A DNA stretch of 64,000 nucleotides from an uncultured Bacillales bacterium (GTDB taxonomy: Bacteria > Bacillota_I > Bacilli_A > RFN20 > CAG-288), in NCBI GenBank assembly GCA_937874465.1, contig CALNAX010000069.1, positions 8,669 through 72,668 on the forward strand. The letters are read 5' to 3'. The notes under the pieces are model-generated. The model was not told where the DNA came from and searched no databases. It saw only the letters and a list, made by a program, of their open reading frames with translations. Position 1 is the stretch's first letter. Each line of letters opens with the position of its first letter. A program made the translations under genes and the position numbers. Positions 52,592 to 61,751 of the stretch are shown one piece after another.

Positions 52592-53638
52592 ATGGAAAAA
52601 GAAAGCCGAAAAACAATCGTGCCGTTCTTCGACATGCTTCACGTCTTCCCGGGTGCCATCACCATCTTCCCGCTGTTGATAACCGCCACCATCACGACCA
52701 TCGGCAATGCCTATGGGGTGGATGTTTGGGGCACCATCGGCAATCCGGTGAAGGAGCTGTTCTCGAAGTCGGGCCTGATCCCGACCTTGGGGTTGATGCT
52801 GTTCTTCATCGGGACGCAGGTGGACGTAAGGAAACTGGGGAACCTCCTCAAGCTGGGATTGCCCCTCTTCCTGATCAAGCACGGGGTGATATTCCTGGCC
52901 GCTACCGTTTTCCTGTTCGCCTTTTCCTTCGACGGCCTCTACGGGCTGGGCTTCGTCCTGTTCCTGGGCTGCATGGCCGTCCAGAACGCCGGCCTGTACA
53001 ACGGGATAGCCGATGCCTATGCCGACGATTCGGACCGGGCATTCATAAGCCTCAGCTTCTTCTCCTACATCCCGGCCCTGTTCTTCCTGGCGTGGGCTTC
53101 GGCCGGCAACAGCAACTTCAATTACCTTTCCGTGATCTCGACCTGCATCCCCTTGGCCTTGGGCCTTCTGCTTGGCAACCTCGATTTCAAGATGGCCAAC
53201 ATGTTCAGCAAGGGGAATTCCCTGATCGCCATGTTCATCGGCTTCCAGCTCGGGGGGTTCATCGACTTCCGCTCGATCGTCGGCTTGGTACCCCTGGGCT
53301 TGGTCCTGACCGCCTTCTACTATCTGTTTGCCGTCCTGCCGGGCTTCTTGGCGGAGAAGTTCATCTTCAAGAGGAGCGGCTACCTGATACTCTCCTTCTC
53401 CGGGGAGGGCGTGCTTTGCCTCTCCCTGCCCTCGATGTTCTATCCGGAAGGGTCAGCGCTGGTGGAGTCCGCTACCGGGGTATTGACCTTCGTGATGGTA
53501 GTGACCAGCCTTCTGGCGCCCCTTCTGACCGATTTGGCCAATAGGTATGAGTACGAAAAGCACCCCGAGCTCATGGGGCAAAAGACCCCCAGGGCCTTCC
53601 AGTTCTACCGCGAGAAGCTCAAGGCGAAGAAGGCCTGA
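52592..53638 (+). CDS. 2-keto-3-deoxygluconate permease family (KdgT-like) transporter
   Basis: 348-aa polytopic membrane protein. The N-terminal FPGAITIFPLL...G.....G..P.L....FF.G.Q..... pattern resembles KdgT as I recall it. The overlapping alternative-frame ORF 52528..53544 is rejected. Confidence 0.6.
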   Translation: MEKESRKTIVPFFDMLHVFPGAITIFPLLITATITTIGNAYGVDVWGTIGNPVKELFSKSGLIPTLGLMLFFIGTQVDVRKLGNLLKLGLPLFLIKHGVIFLAATVFLFAFSFDGLYGLGFVLFLGCMAVQNAGLYNGIADAYADDSDRAFISLSFFSYIPALFFLAWASAGNSNFNYLSVISTCIPLALGLLLGNLDFKMANMFSKGNSLIAMFIGFQLGGFIDFRSIVGLVPLGLVLTAFYYLFAVLPGFLAEKFIFKRSGYLILSFSGEGVLCLSLPSMFYPEGSALVESATGVLTFVMVVTSLLAPLLTDLANRYEYEKHPELMGQKTPRAFQFYREKLKAKKA

Positions 53639-53668
53639 AAAAAAGATGGGCAACTGCCCATCTCTTTC
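53638..53668 (-). terminator. intrinsic terminator of the DEAD-box helicase gene (possibly bidirectional)
   Basis: AGATGGGC-aact-GCCCATCT perfect 8-bp hairpin, flanked by an A7 run (a U-tract on the minus strand) and CTTTC on the plus strand. Confidence 0.7.
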
Positions 53669-55433
53669 AGAACTTACGCTTGCCGTGACCGAAGTGGTGG
53701 CTGTCCTTGTAGCCCCCGAAGGAGGAACGGTGGCCACCATAGGAGGAATGGCCGTGGCCACTGAACCGGCCATGTGAATGGCCATAGCCGCCGGAAGTCT
53801 TCCGTTGCTGGGCCTTCTCGATGCTGACCTCCCGGCCGTTGAAGTTACGACCGTTCAGGCCATCCATGAGCTTCGCGGAGAACTTGTCGGGAAGGGTCAA
53901 AAACGAATAGGCCTCCTTGAGGAAGACGTCGGCGAAGTCATCCTTGGTGACCTCGGGGACGTTGGCGGTGACGAATTCCTTCAAACCGTCCTCGTCCAAG
54001 CCATCGTTGGTACCGAGGTTTATGAAGAAGCGCTGGTTGCCATCGGCATCGGCCGGGGCGGCATCCCGGTCGTCAGGCTCGCGGCTATGACGGCCTTCCT
54101 TGGACTTCTCGAACTTCGAGGTGACCGTAGTCACGGGGTTTTGGGACTCCCTGATCAGGATCATGGCGGCTACTTCCTCGGGTGTCACCACCCTCTTTGC
54201 GGCAGCGGAGAACTCCTTGGCCGCATCTTCCAGTTCCTTCAGCGCCTCGGCCTTGTCCTGTGCCAACAATGGCTTGAGGCTATCGAGATACTTCTTCATG
54301 GCTTTGCTATCGCCTCCTTTGTCCAACACGTATTCAGTCAGCGGCTCGCCTGACAATTTGGCGTATTTGCCGATGAGGTTGGTTTCCCTGGGCGTCAAGA
54401 AGGTGAACGAAGTGCCCTTGGCATCGACACGCCCCGTACGGCCGATGCGGTGGAGGTAGAACTCGTCCTCCATCGGCACGTCGAAGTTGATGACCACGTC
54501 GACGTCGCTTACGTCGATGCCTCTGGCCGCGATATCGGTAGCGACCATGATGTCGGTCTTGTTGTCCCGGAAGCTCGCCATGTTGGCGTCACGTTTGTTT
54601 TGGGAGAGGTTGCCTTGCAGGGAAGTGATCCGGTGGTCGGTATTAAGCTTCAGTATCTTCTCGATCTCCATGACCTTGCGCTTGGTCTTGCAAAAGACGA
54701 AGGCACGATCGAAGCTAAGCTCGTCGATAAGGTTTACCAAGGCGCCCTTCTTCTCGAACTCGCTTACCAGCAGGTACCTCTGGGCGATCTGGTGTTGATG
54801 GGAGGAATCCCTGACTACCTTCACGCTTTCGTAGTCGGGCGCGAGGTAACGTCTCGATATCTTCTTGATCTCGGGGGAGATGGTGGCGCTGAAGAGACCG
54901 GTTTGATGCGGGGTCTTGATGGCGGAAAGAATGCTGTTTATGTCCCTTATGAAGCCCATGTCCAGCATCTCGTCGCATTCGTCCAGCACCAAGTAGGAGA
55001 CATGGGAGATGTCTAGCTTCCCCTGCTTGATCAAATCGAGCATCCGCCCGGGGGTACCGACTATGATCGAGGGCTTTTTCTTCTTCAGGCCCATTATTTG
55101 GACGTTTATGCTCTGACCGCCGAATATGGCAAGGGTCTTGACCCCGGGAACGTATTTCCCGAAGCGGTTTATCTCCTCCTCGACCTGCTTGGCCAATTCG
55201 CGGGTCGGGCAAAGCACCAGGCCCTGGATCTGGCCATTGGGCTGGAGCTTGTTGAGCAAAGGCAGACTGTAGCAGGCGGTCTTGCCGGTTCCCGTAGGGG
55301 CCTCGGCTTCGACGTCCTTCCCAGCCAGGAGAATGGGCAGGGCCTTCTCCTGGATGGGAGTCGGTTCCTTGTAGCCCATCTCCTCGATGGCTTTGATAAT
55401 CTCGTCTCGCAAAGGTAATTCTGTTATTTTCAT
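53667..55433 (-). CDS. DEAD-box (DECD variant) ATP-dependent RNA helicase with a DbpA-like RNA-binding domain and a Gly/His/Ser-rich tail
   Basis: Q motif PTPIQ, then AEAPTGTGKTA, PTRELA, motif II VLDECD, SAT, ARGID and HRIGRTGR. C-terminal tail GGYGHSHGRFSGHGHSSYGGHRSSFGGYKDSHHFGHG. Confidence 0.93.
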   Translation of the reverse strand: MKITELPLRDEIIKAIEEMGYKEPTPIQEKALPILLAGKDVEAEAPTGTGKTACYSLPLLNKLQPNGQIQGLVLCPTRELAKQVEEEINRFGKYVPGVKTLAIFGGQSINVQIMGLKKKKPSIIVGTPGRMLDLIKQGKLDISHVSYLVLDECDEMLDMGFIRDINSILSAIKTPHQTGLFSATISPEIKKISRRYLAPDYESVKVVRDSSHQHQIAQRYLLVSEFEKKGALVNLIDELSFDRAFVFCKTKRKVMEIEKILKLNTDHRITSLQGNLSQNKRDANMASFRDNKTDIMVATDIAARGIDVSDVDVVINFDVPMEDEFYLHRIGRTGRVDAKGTSFTFLTPRETNLIGKYAKLSGEPLTEYVLDKGGDSKAMKKYLDSLKPLLAQDKAEALKELEDAAKEFSAAAKRVVTPEEVAAMILIRESQNPVTTVTSKFEKSKEGRHSREPDDRDAAPADADGNQRFFINLGTNDGLDEDGLKEFVTANVPEVTKDDFADVFLKEAYSFLTLPDKFSAKLMDGLNGRNFNGREVSIEKAQQRKTSGGYGHSHGRFSGHGHSSYGGHRSSFGGYKDSHHFGHGKRKF

Positions 55434-55602
55434 TTAAAAGCACTGGATAGTAGCACAAACGCCAACCATTAGCAAATGGCAATCGGAGACGTGAAACCCC
55501 ACTGGGCAAGGAAAAGGTCCTATAATCAGGCGATCCGGCGAGTTGGAGTGTCGCCTCGGAAGGTCGGAGGCCGGTTGTCTTTGGGCCCCATGGAGGCTAT
55601 TC

Positions 55603-56673
55603 ATGTTTCTGGCTTTGAGGGAGATGAGGCGGTCCAGGGGGAAGTTCTCCCTGATATTAGTCGTCATTTCGCTCGTCTGCTTCCTGGCTTTCTTCTTGAC
55701 GTCCTTGGCGTATGGGCTGGCGAGTTCCTATACCGAGGGCCTGGAAAGGTTTGGGGCCGACGGCTATGTCCTTAACGGGGAAGCGGATGGCAATTCCCTT
55801 CTTTCCCTCATCGGGGAGGAGAAGGGGGAGGATTTGAAGATTGCGGGTGCGAAGGCCTATTTCGGGGTCACTCCCGCGGTCTTGGGCCACCCCGAGTCCG
55901 ATGGGAGCCTCATCGACAGGGAAGAGGTGTACGTCTTTGGGATAGACAGCGCTGGCTTTTTGCTCCCCGAAGGCCACGAGTCCCTTTCCGATGGCGAGGC
56001 GTTGGTGGACCAAAGCCTGAAAGGCCAGGGCTATGCGCTAGGGGATACCCTAGGCCTATCAGGAAGTTCCTTGACCTTGAAGGTAGCCGGTTTCGTGGAC
56101 GGCTATACCTACCAGACCGCTCCGATGGTCTTGACCACGATCCCTTCCTGGCGTCAGCTCAGGTTTGGCATGACGGACCCTCCTGACCTTCTGAGCGGGG
56201 TCGCCATCAAGGGGGAAGTGACGAGCATCGACGAGAGCCTGGAGTTTTTCACTTCGCGCGAATTCGCGTTCAATCTCCCCGGTTACATGGCGCAGGTGTT
56301 GACCTTCGGCCTCATGATCGGATTCCTGATCCTTATAGACTCGTTGGTCATCGCCATCTTCGTCTATGTCCTCACGACCCAAAAGACCAACCTCTTTGGC
56401 GTGATGAAGGCGGAGGGCATACCCGATTCCTACATCTCGGCTTCGGTGTTGGACCAGACCATGATCTTGACCCTTGGGGGGATGGTAATCGGCCTGGCCT
56501 TGGCCTTAATCCTGGGGTTTGCCCTTCCTTCAAGCGTTCCCTTCGCCCTCAATCCGCTGTTTTTGGCGGTGATAGCAGTGCTGTTCGTGACCTTCGCCGG
56601 CCTGGGCGGGCTTTTCTCGGTGAGACAGGTGCTCAGGATCGACCCGCTGGTGGCGATGGGAAAGGGCGAATGA
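55603..56673 (+). CDS. ABC transporter permease, FtsX/MacB-like
   Basis: MFLALREMRRSRGKFSLILVV start, an N-terminal TM, an extracytoplasmic domain of about 200 aa and 3 C-terminal TM segments. ATG 55603 follows GGAGG. Confidence 0.8.
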   Translation: MFLALREMRRSRGKFSLILVVISLVCFLAFFLTSLAYGLASSYTEGLERFGADGYVLNGEADGNSLLSLIGEEKGEDLKIAGAKAYFGVTPAVLGHPESDGSLIDREEVYVFGIDSAGFLLPEGHESLSDGEALVDQSLKGQGYALGDTLGLSGSSLTLKVAGFVDGYTYQTAPMVLTTIPSWRQLRFGMTDPPDLLSGVAIKGEVTSIDESLEFFTSREFAFNLPGYMAQVLTFGLMIGFLILIDSLVIAIFVYVLTTQKTNLFGVMKAEGIPDSYISASVLDQTMILTLGGMVIGLALALILGFALPSSVPFALNPLFLAVIAVLFVTFAGLGGLFSVRQVLRIDPLVAMGKGE

Positions 56674-56674
56674 C

Positions 56675-57352
56675 ATGGAACCGATACTTGAAATGGATGG
56701 GGTCTACAAAGACTTTGGCCAGGGAGTCCAGGTCGTCCATGCCCTGAGGCCCACCGACTTTAGGGCCTATCCGGGGAAGGTCATCACGATCCTGGGCCCT
56801 TCCGGCGCCGGCAAGTCCACCTTCCTCACGATCCTTGGGGGGCTACAGGAACCAAGCGGGGGCAAGGTGAATATCGGAGGCATGACCTTCAGCGGCCTGC
56901 CGCCGAAGAGGAAGGCCGCCCTGAGGCTCAAGACAGTCGGCTTCGTCCTGCAGGCCTATAACCTTATTCCCTTTTTGACGACCCGGGAACAGCTGGAGCT
57001 CCTGGACAGGGTCCAAAGGCGAAGAAGCGACAATAAGTGGCTGACAGGACTTCTGGCCGAGCTGGGGATCGCCGACCTCGAGAGGAAATACCCCAATGAG
57101 CTTTCGGGGGGCCAAAAGCAGCGAGTAGCGATCGCCAAGGCCCTTTACGGCAAACCCCGGGTCCTGTTCGCCGACGAACCGACGGCCAGCCTCGACACAG
57201 CCAATGGCTTTGCCGTTATGGAACTCCTAACGAAGATAACGAAGGCCCAGGACATGACCACTGTAGTGGTGACCCATGACGAAAGGCTCACCCGCTTCTG
57301 CGACGAATCGTATGAAATCGTCGACGGGGTCTTGACCAAGACCAAAGGCTGA
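56675..57352 (+). CDS. ABC transporter ATP-binding protein (MacB/LolD-like)
   Basis: GPSGAGKST, LSGGQKQRVAIAKAL, LFADEPT and VTHD. Confidence 0.93.
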   Translation: MEPILEMDGVYKDFGQGVQVVHALRPTDFRAYPGKVITILGPSGAGKSTFLTILGGLQEPSGGKVNIGGMTFSGLPPKRKAALRLKTVGFVLQAYNLIPFLTTREQLELLDRVQRRRSDNKWLTGLLAELGIADLERKYPNELSGGQKQRVAIAKALYGKPRVLFADEPTASLDTANGFAVMELLTKITKAQDMTTVVVTHDERLTRFCDESYEIVDGVLTKTKG

Positions 57353-57362
57353 GGCTTCCCAA

Positions 57363-58391
57363 TCAAAAGGAAATATTCGTCGGGAATAGAGTTTTCTTGG
57401 AGGCGAAAAGGACATGCTTGTCGAAGGCGTTGTTGGCCAAGAGGTTCTTTATCTCGCCTTCGCTGGCGTGGGAATTGAAGAAGATCTGGAAGGTATGGGG
57501 CCGGTTCAAGAGGTAGGAAGCGGCAACGCTTCCATCGTCGACCGAACCCGAAAGGATCAAGGCCTTGTCGGGGTTGTTCTCTACTAAGGCCCTGGTATCG
57601 GGATTTTGGAAATCCTTGTCGGTGAAGACCACCGGCTTGCCTGTGCCTTTAAGCCTATCTCCTGGTCTTGAAGAAGACGGCTTGAGCCAAGCCTTCAGGT
57701 TTTCCCTGAACAGGCCGCCCCTGACGATCGTCTCGTATCCCCAGTCTTCCAGCATTTCCCTGACGATGATTCCCCGCCCGTTCCCGGAGACGGGCAAAAG
57801 CACGTTCCCGTTGTATTTGGCGACCAATGACTTTAGTCTCAAGAGGTTTGCGGCCAAAGGCGGGACGTCCTTATGCCAGTAGCTTCCGTCGATTATGGCT
57901 ATGTCGGCCTTTCGATGGCGGATGGGGTCGCAAAGGTAGGGGGAGTCTTCAAGGTAATCGCCGGTGAACACGATCCTTTTGCCCCGGAAACGGATGTCGA
58001 ACCACAAGGAGCCGATGCAATGGCCGGCCTTGCCGGAGTCGACGGTCAATTCCCTACCGACTGTCAAAGCCACGCCGGGCTCTATTGCTTTTATCGCCAA
58101 CGAGGGCAAAAGGCCAGGATAAAGACCCTTAAGGTAATTCTCGGTCTCTCCCGACATAAGGAACGGTCCCTTGAATCCGGCCTTGACGAGGGACGGTATA
58201 CCCCCGACGTGGTCCAGATGGGAATGGGATATAAACACGGCCAAGAGGTCTTGGGCCAAGCCGGGAGCAAAGGTTGGGCCCCTTCCGTTGTCATCGACTC
58301 CGCAATCCAAAAGTAATGATTTTCCATCGCTTTTTATCAAAAAGCAATTTCCTTGATGGTTATTAAGACCCGACAATGATTCAAATTCCAT
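57363..58391 (-). CDS. MBL-fold metallo-hydrolase
   Basis: HSHLDHVGG (HxHxDH) and a downstream GHCIGS; 342 aa. Confidence 0.8.
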   Translation of the reverse strand: MEFESLSGLNNHQGNCFLIKSDGKSLLLDCGVDDNGRGPTFAPGLAQDLLAVFISHSHLDHVGGIPSLVKAGFKGPFLMSGETENYLKGLYPGLLPSLAIKAIEPGVALTVGRELTVDSGKAGHCIGSLWFDIRFRGKRIVFTGDYLEDSPYLCDPIRHRKADIAIIDGSYWHKDVPPLAANLLRLKSLVAKYNGNVLLPVSGNGRGIIVREMLEDWGYETIVRGGLFRENLKAWLKPSSSRPGDRLKGTGKPVVFTDKDFQNPDTRALVENNPDKALILSGSVDDGSVAASYLLNRPHTFQIFFNSHASEGEIKNLLANNAFDKHVLFASKKTLFPTNISF

Positions 58392-58679
58392 TTTTCGTTT
58401 CCTTGCCTATTATCCTACGGCCGTTTCTCTAAGGGTACCGAATGGGTAAGAAGCATTGTAAAGCCAACGGCTATTAGAAATGCGTTATCTTGTTTTGCAG
58501 GATCGGCAAATTATGCCAAAAAGCCTTGCCCGGGAAAATTGGGGCTCCAACAGAGGTTTTTAACGGAGATATATTTTCTTTCGACCATAGGCTTGCAAAG
58601 ACCTTACGGGGGGATTGCTTGAATCCAGCAATGGACCCCTTACCCCCCAAAGATGCAGGTGGCTTTCCCGTTTTCGCCT

Positions 58680-58706
58680 AAATTAAAAGCCTGGCAAGGC
58701 CAGGCT
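58680..58706 (-). terminator. intrinsic terminator after thrS
   Basis: AGCCTGGC-ctt-GCCAGGCT on the minus strand, followed by TTTTAATTT. Confidence 0.75.
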
Positions 58707-58727
58707 TTCCGATTCTCTAATGTTTTA

Positions 58728-60668
58728 TTACTTTGCCGCCAAAGCCAATTCGGGCTTGAGGTAATGGCCATCGACATCCTTGGCCAAGACCTTGAGGAAT
58801 TCGTCCAACGAGACGGTCGTGGTTTCGCTGTGGCCGAAGACGCGGTAGGTGACGGTACCGTTCTTTACCTCGTCCTTGCCGATGACCAGGGTGTAAGGAA
58901 CCTTCTGGACTTGGGCGGAACGGACCCTGTAACCTATCTTCTCGTCGGAGAAGTCCTCCTCGCCCCTGAAGCCGAGGTCGATCAACTTGTCGTAGATCTT
59001 CTCGGAATATGCCTTCTGATCGGGGTCTTTGCTGAACACCGGGAGGATCTCCGCCTGGATGGGAGCACACCAAGTGGGGAAGTCGCCCTTGAAGTGCTCG
59101 GTGATGACGCCGATGAACCGATCGAAGGTGCCAAACACGGCCCTATGGATCATTACCGGCGTCTTGTGGCTGCCGTCCTTGTCGACATAGTAGCAGCCGA
59201 AACGGCCGGGCAACTGCATGTCGAGCTGGATGGTGCCGCACTGCCACTCGCGCTTCATGGAATCCAGCACCTTGAAGTCAAGCTTAGGCCCATAGAAGGC
59301 CCCATCGCCGGGATTGACGGCATAGGGGATGTGGTTGTCGTCCATGACCTTGCGCAGCTGATCCTCGGCCTTCTTCCAGTCCTCCACGGAGCCGATGTGG
59401 TCGGCAGGCATGGTGGAAAGCTCGATGGAGTAGGGAAGGCCGAAGGTACCGTATACTTCCTTGTAGATCGACAAAAGATCGTCTACCTCGCTCTCCAACT
59501 GGTCCAGGGCCAGAAGTATATGGGCATCGTCCTGTGTGAACTCCCTGACCCTGAGCAATCCGTTCAAGGCCCCGGAGGCCTCGTTACGGTGATCGAGGCC
59601 GTATTCGCCGACTCTCACGGGCAGGTCACGGTAGGAGTGGATGGTCTGGTTGTAGATCAACATGGCGCCAGGGCAGTTCATCGGCTTGACGGCATAGTCC
59701 TCGTCCTCGATCCTGGTGGTGAACATGTTCTGCTTGTAGTGGTCCCAATGGCCCGAGATCTCCCAAAGCTTGCGGGAAAGGACCTGCGGGGTCTGGACCA
59801 AGAGGTAGTGGTGCTTGCGCAGGATCTTGAGGAGGTAATCCTCAAGGGCCCGCTTCAAGGCCCAGCCCTTGTTGAGCCAGAAGGGCATTCCGGGTCCATA
59901 GTCGGAGAGCATGAACAGGCCCAGTTCCTTGCCGAGCTTACGGTGATCCGAGTCCTTGCGTTCCTGCAGCAGTTTGAGATGGTCGGCCAGATCCTTGGCG
60001 CTGAAGTAGCAGCAGCCGTAGATCCTGGTCAGCTGTTCGTTGGCCTTGTCGCCTTTCCAGTAGGCCCCGGCGATGGTGAGCAGCTTGAAGTACTTGATGT
60101 AGCCGGTATTGGGCATATGGGGCCCACGGCAAAGATCGGTAAAGTTCCCCTGGGTGTAGATGGAAACGCAGTGGTCGCGGTCTTCCACCTCGTCGACATG
60201 GATGGTCTTGAACTTCTGGTCCTTGAAGATCGCCTTGGCCTCTTCCAGCGATATCTCCTTGCGGACTATCGGATAGGCCTGGTCGGCCAAACGGTGCATC
60301 TCCTTCTCGATGGCGGGGAAGTCCTTCTCGGAGATCGGGGTGGGGGTCTTCACGTCGTAATAGAAGCCCTCGGGCAAGGCGGGCCCATAGGCGAGCTGAG
60401 TGCCAGGGTAAAGGTTGCATAGGGCCTGGGCCATCAAGTGGGTGCAGGAATGGTTCAGCACCTCGAAGGCCTCGGGATCGTCCTTGGTCACGATCTTGAA
60501 GCTGTGGTTGCCTGTCGTCAAAGGCTTCGACTTGTCCCAGAGGTTGCCATCCACGACAGCGCAGATGGTCTTCTTGGGCAGCGAGACGGACAACTGGGCC
60601 GCTATTTCAAGCGGAGTCAGGCCGTCCTTGAATTCTTTGACGGATTTGTCAGGTAATGTCAGTTCCAT
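58728..60668 (-). CDS. thrS: threonine--tRNA ligase
   Basis: TGS domain start MELTLPDKSVKEFKDG, editing-domain H.C.H motif, HRKLGKELGLF and class II motifs. ATG 60668 is used; the track start at 60689 is TTG and lies inside the RBS. Confidence 0.96.
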   Translation of the reverse strand: MELTLPDKSVKEFKDGLTPLEIAAQLSVSLPKKTICAVVDGNLWDKSKPLTTGNHSFKIVTKDDPEAFEVLNHSCTHLMAQALCNLYPGTQLAYGPALPEGFYYDVKTPTPISEKDFPAIEKEMHRLADQAYPIVRKEISLEEAKAIFKDQKFKTIHVDEVEDRDHCVSIYTQGNFTDLCRGPHMPNTGYIKYFKLLTIAGAYWKGDKANEQLTRIYGCCYFSAKDLADHLKLLQERKDSDHRKLGKELGLFMLSDYGPGMPFWLNKGWALKRALEDYLLKILRKHHYLLVQTPQVLSRKLWEISGHWDHYKQNMFTTRIEDEDYAVKPMNCPGAMLIYNQTIHSYRDLPVRVGEYGLDHRNEASGALNGLLRVREFTQDDAHILLALDQLESEVDDLLSIYKEVYGTFGLPYSIELSTMPADHIGSVEDWKKAEDQLRKVMDDNHIPYAVNPGDGAFYGPKLDFKVLDSMKREWQCGTIQLDMQLPGRFGCYYVDKDGSHKTPVMIHRAVFGTFDRFIGVITEHFKGDFPTWCAPIQAEILPVFSKDPDQKAYSEKIYDKLIDLGFRGEEDFSDEKIGYRVRSAQVQKVPYTLVIGKDEVKNGTVTYRVFGHSETTTVSLDEFLKVLAKDVDGHYLKPELALAAK

Positions 60669-60712
60669 ACCAAAATGCTTCCTTTCCAAAAAAGCATTGA
60701 TATTCTACAACT

Positions 60713-60741
60713 TATATATTGTTGTGGATAAGATTGTCCAA
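60713..60741 (-). promoter_or_regulatory. candidate thrS promoter
   Basis: On the minus strand: TTGGAC, a 17-nt spacer, then TATATA. The leader is only about 40 nt, so it holds no T-box. Confidence 0.45.
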
Positions 60742-60774
60742 GAAAAATGGGCTGTTTTGCTCCTTTAGTGCACG

Positions 60775-60803
60775 AAAAAAGCGATGGCAGCCAAGCCATC
60801 GCT
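60775..60803 (-). terminator. intrinsic terminator after the glucokinase gene
   Basis: On the minus strand: AGCGATGGC-ttggct-GCCATCGCT followed by TTTTTT. Confidence 0.8.
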
Positions 60804-60822
60804 AGAAGCGAACATGGACGAC

Positions 60823-61749
60823 CTATTTCTCGAGGGAGAAACCGCAGGCCGCACCGCCCAAAAGGCCCGCATCCTGGCCGAACTTGGCGTCCAGGAAGAC
60901 GACAGGCTTGAGGGGATAGGGCTTCAGGTAGGCGTTGCTGACCTTGAGAAGATCCTTGAGGAACACGTCCTGGGACTTCATCACGCCTCCGGAGAGGACA
61001 TAGACATCGACGTTGAACATCCTCTGGAGGTTTCCGAAGAAGCAGCCGAGGTACTTTACCCAGTCGTTGTAGGCGGCGACGAGCTTGGGGTCCTGGTCAT
61101 GCTCCCTAAGACGCTGGAAGAATTGGTAGGCCTTGAGATTCCCCAGGCCTCTCTCCTGGCAGAGGCGGCTTATGCCGTTGCCGGAAAGGTAGTACTCGGT
61201 CTCGACCAGCTTGCCATCGAAGGTGATTATGATGCGGCCACCCTCCATCATGGTGTTTATGAGTTGATGTTTGTAGACGTAGCCGGTACCGATTCCGGAG
61301 GAGATGGTGACGAAGATCGAATCGGCATAATCCTTGGCGGCGCCGTAGGTGCTTTCGCTCAGGGCCTCGGCATTGGCATCGTTTGCGACCCGGCACTTGG
61401 CGAAGGGGAAAGCCTTCTCCAAGGCGTCGGCCAACCTGACGTCACGCACCTTGGGCCCGAGATTCGGGAGGAACATGGCGGTACGCTCATCGGCGATCTG
61501 CCCGCAGGCGGACACGCCGATGGTCTTGAACTTGAGGTCGGGATGACGACTCACCACTTCCTTGGCATCGGCAATGATCTTGTCGACCAAGGCCTCGGGA
61601 TCGTTTTCGGGCGTGGGTCCCTTTACCTGCTCGACGATGGCGGGGACGTTGTCCGAGCCAAGGGAAACCAAGCCGACCCTTAGGTTAGTGGCTCCCAGAT
61701 CCACGGCCAAGGTGTAAGCGGTGGCTGCTTTCTCTCTGACTGGCGCCAT
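60823..61749 (-). CDS. ROK-family glucokinase
   Basis: LAVDLGATNLRVG, ISSGIGTGYV and a Cys/His-poor ROK core. The ATG at 61749 lies 2 nt after the pyk stop. Confidence 0.85.
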   Translation of the reverse strand: MAPVREKAATAYTLAVDLGATNLRVGLVSLGSDNVPAIVEQVKGPTPENDPEALVDKIIADAKEVVSRHPDLKFKTIGVSACGQIADERTAMFLPNLGPKVRDVRLADALEKAFPFAKCRVANDANAEALSESTYGAAKDYADSIFVTISSGIGTGYVYKHQLINTMMEGGRIIITFDGKLVETEYYLSGNGISRLCQERGLGNLKAYQFFQRLREHDQDPKLVAAYNDWVKYLGCFFGNLQRMFNVDVYVLSGGVMKSQDVFLKDLLKVSNAYLKPYPLKPVVFLDAKFGQDAGLLGGAACGFSLEK

Positions 61750-61751
61750 GA

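Noticed and set aside
52528-53544. 338-aa alternative-frame ORF over the KdgT-like permease gene
   Set aside because: Its Arg/Pro/Gly-rich sequence lacks TM segments. The overlapping frame (52592..53638) encodes a coherent polytopic membrane protein with an RBS and promoter.
58490-58681. 63-aa TTG-initiated ORF in the thrS/MBL intergenic region
   Set aside because: It has no RBS and implausible composition, and it overlaps the thrS terminator.
58653-60422. 589-aa plus-strand ORF opposite thrS
   Set aside because: It is antisense to a motif-verified thrS, with low-complexity V/L/G/D composition. It is an artefact of stop-poor antisense frames.
60674-60698. Hairpin AATGCTT-11 nt-AAGCATT in the thrS leader that partly covers the SD (minus strand)
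   Set aside because: The stem is only 7 bp and A/U-rich, and the loop has no tRNA-Thr anticodon-like element. It is probably too weak to be regulatory.
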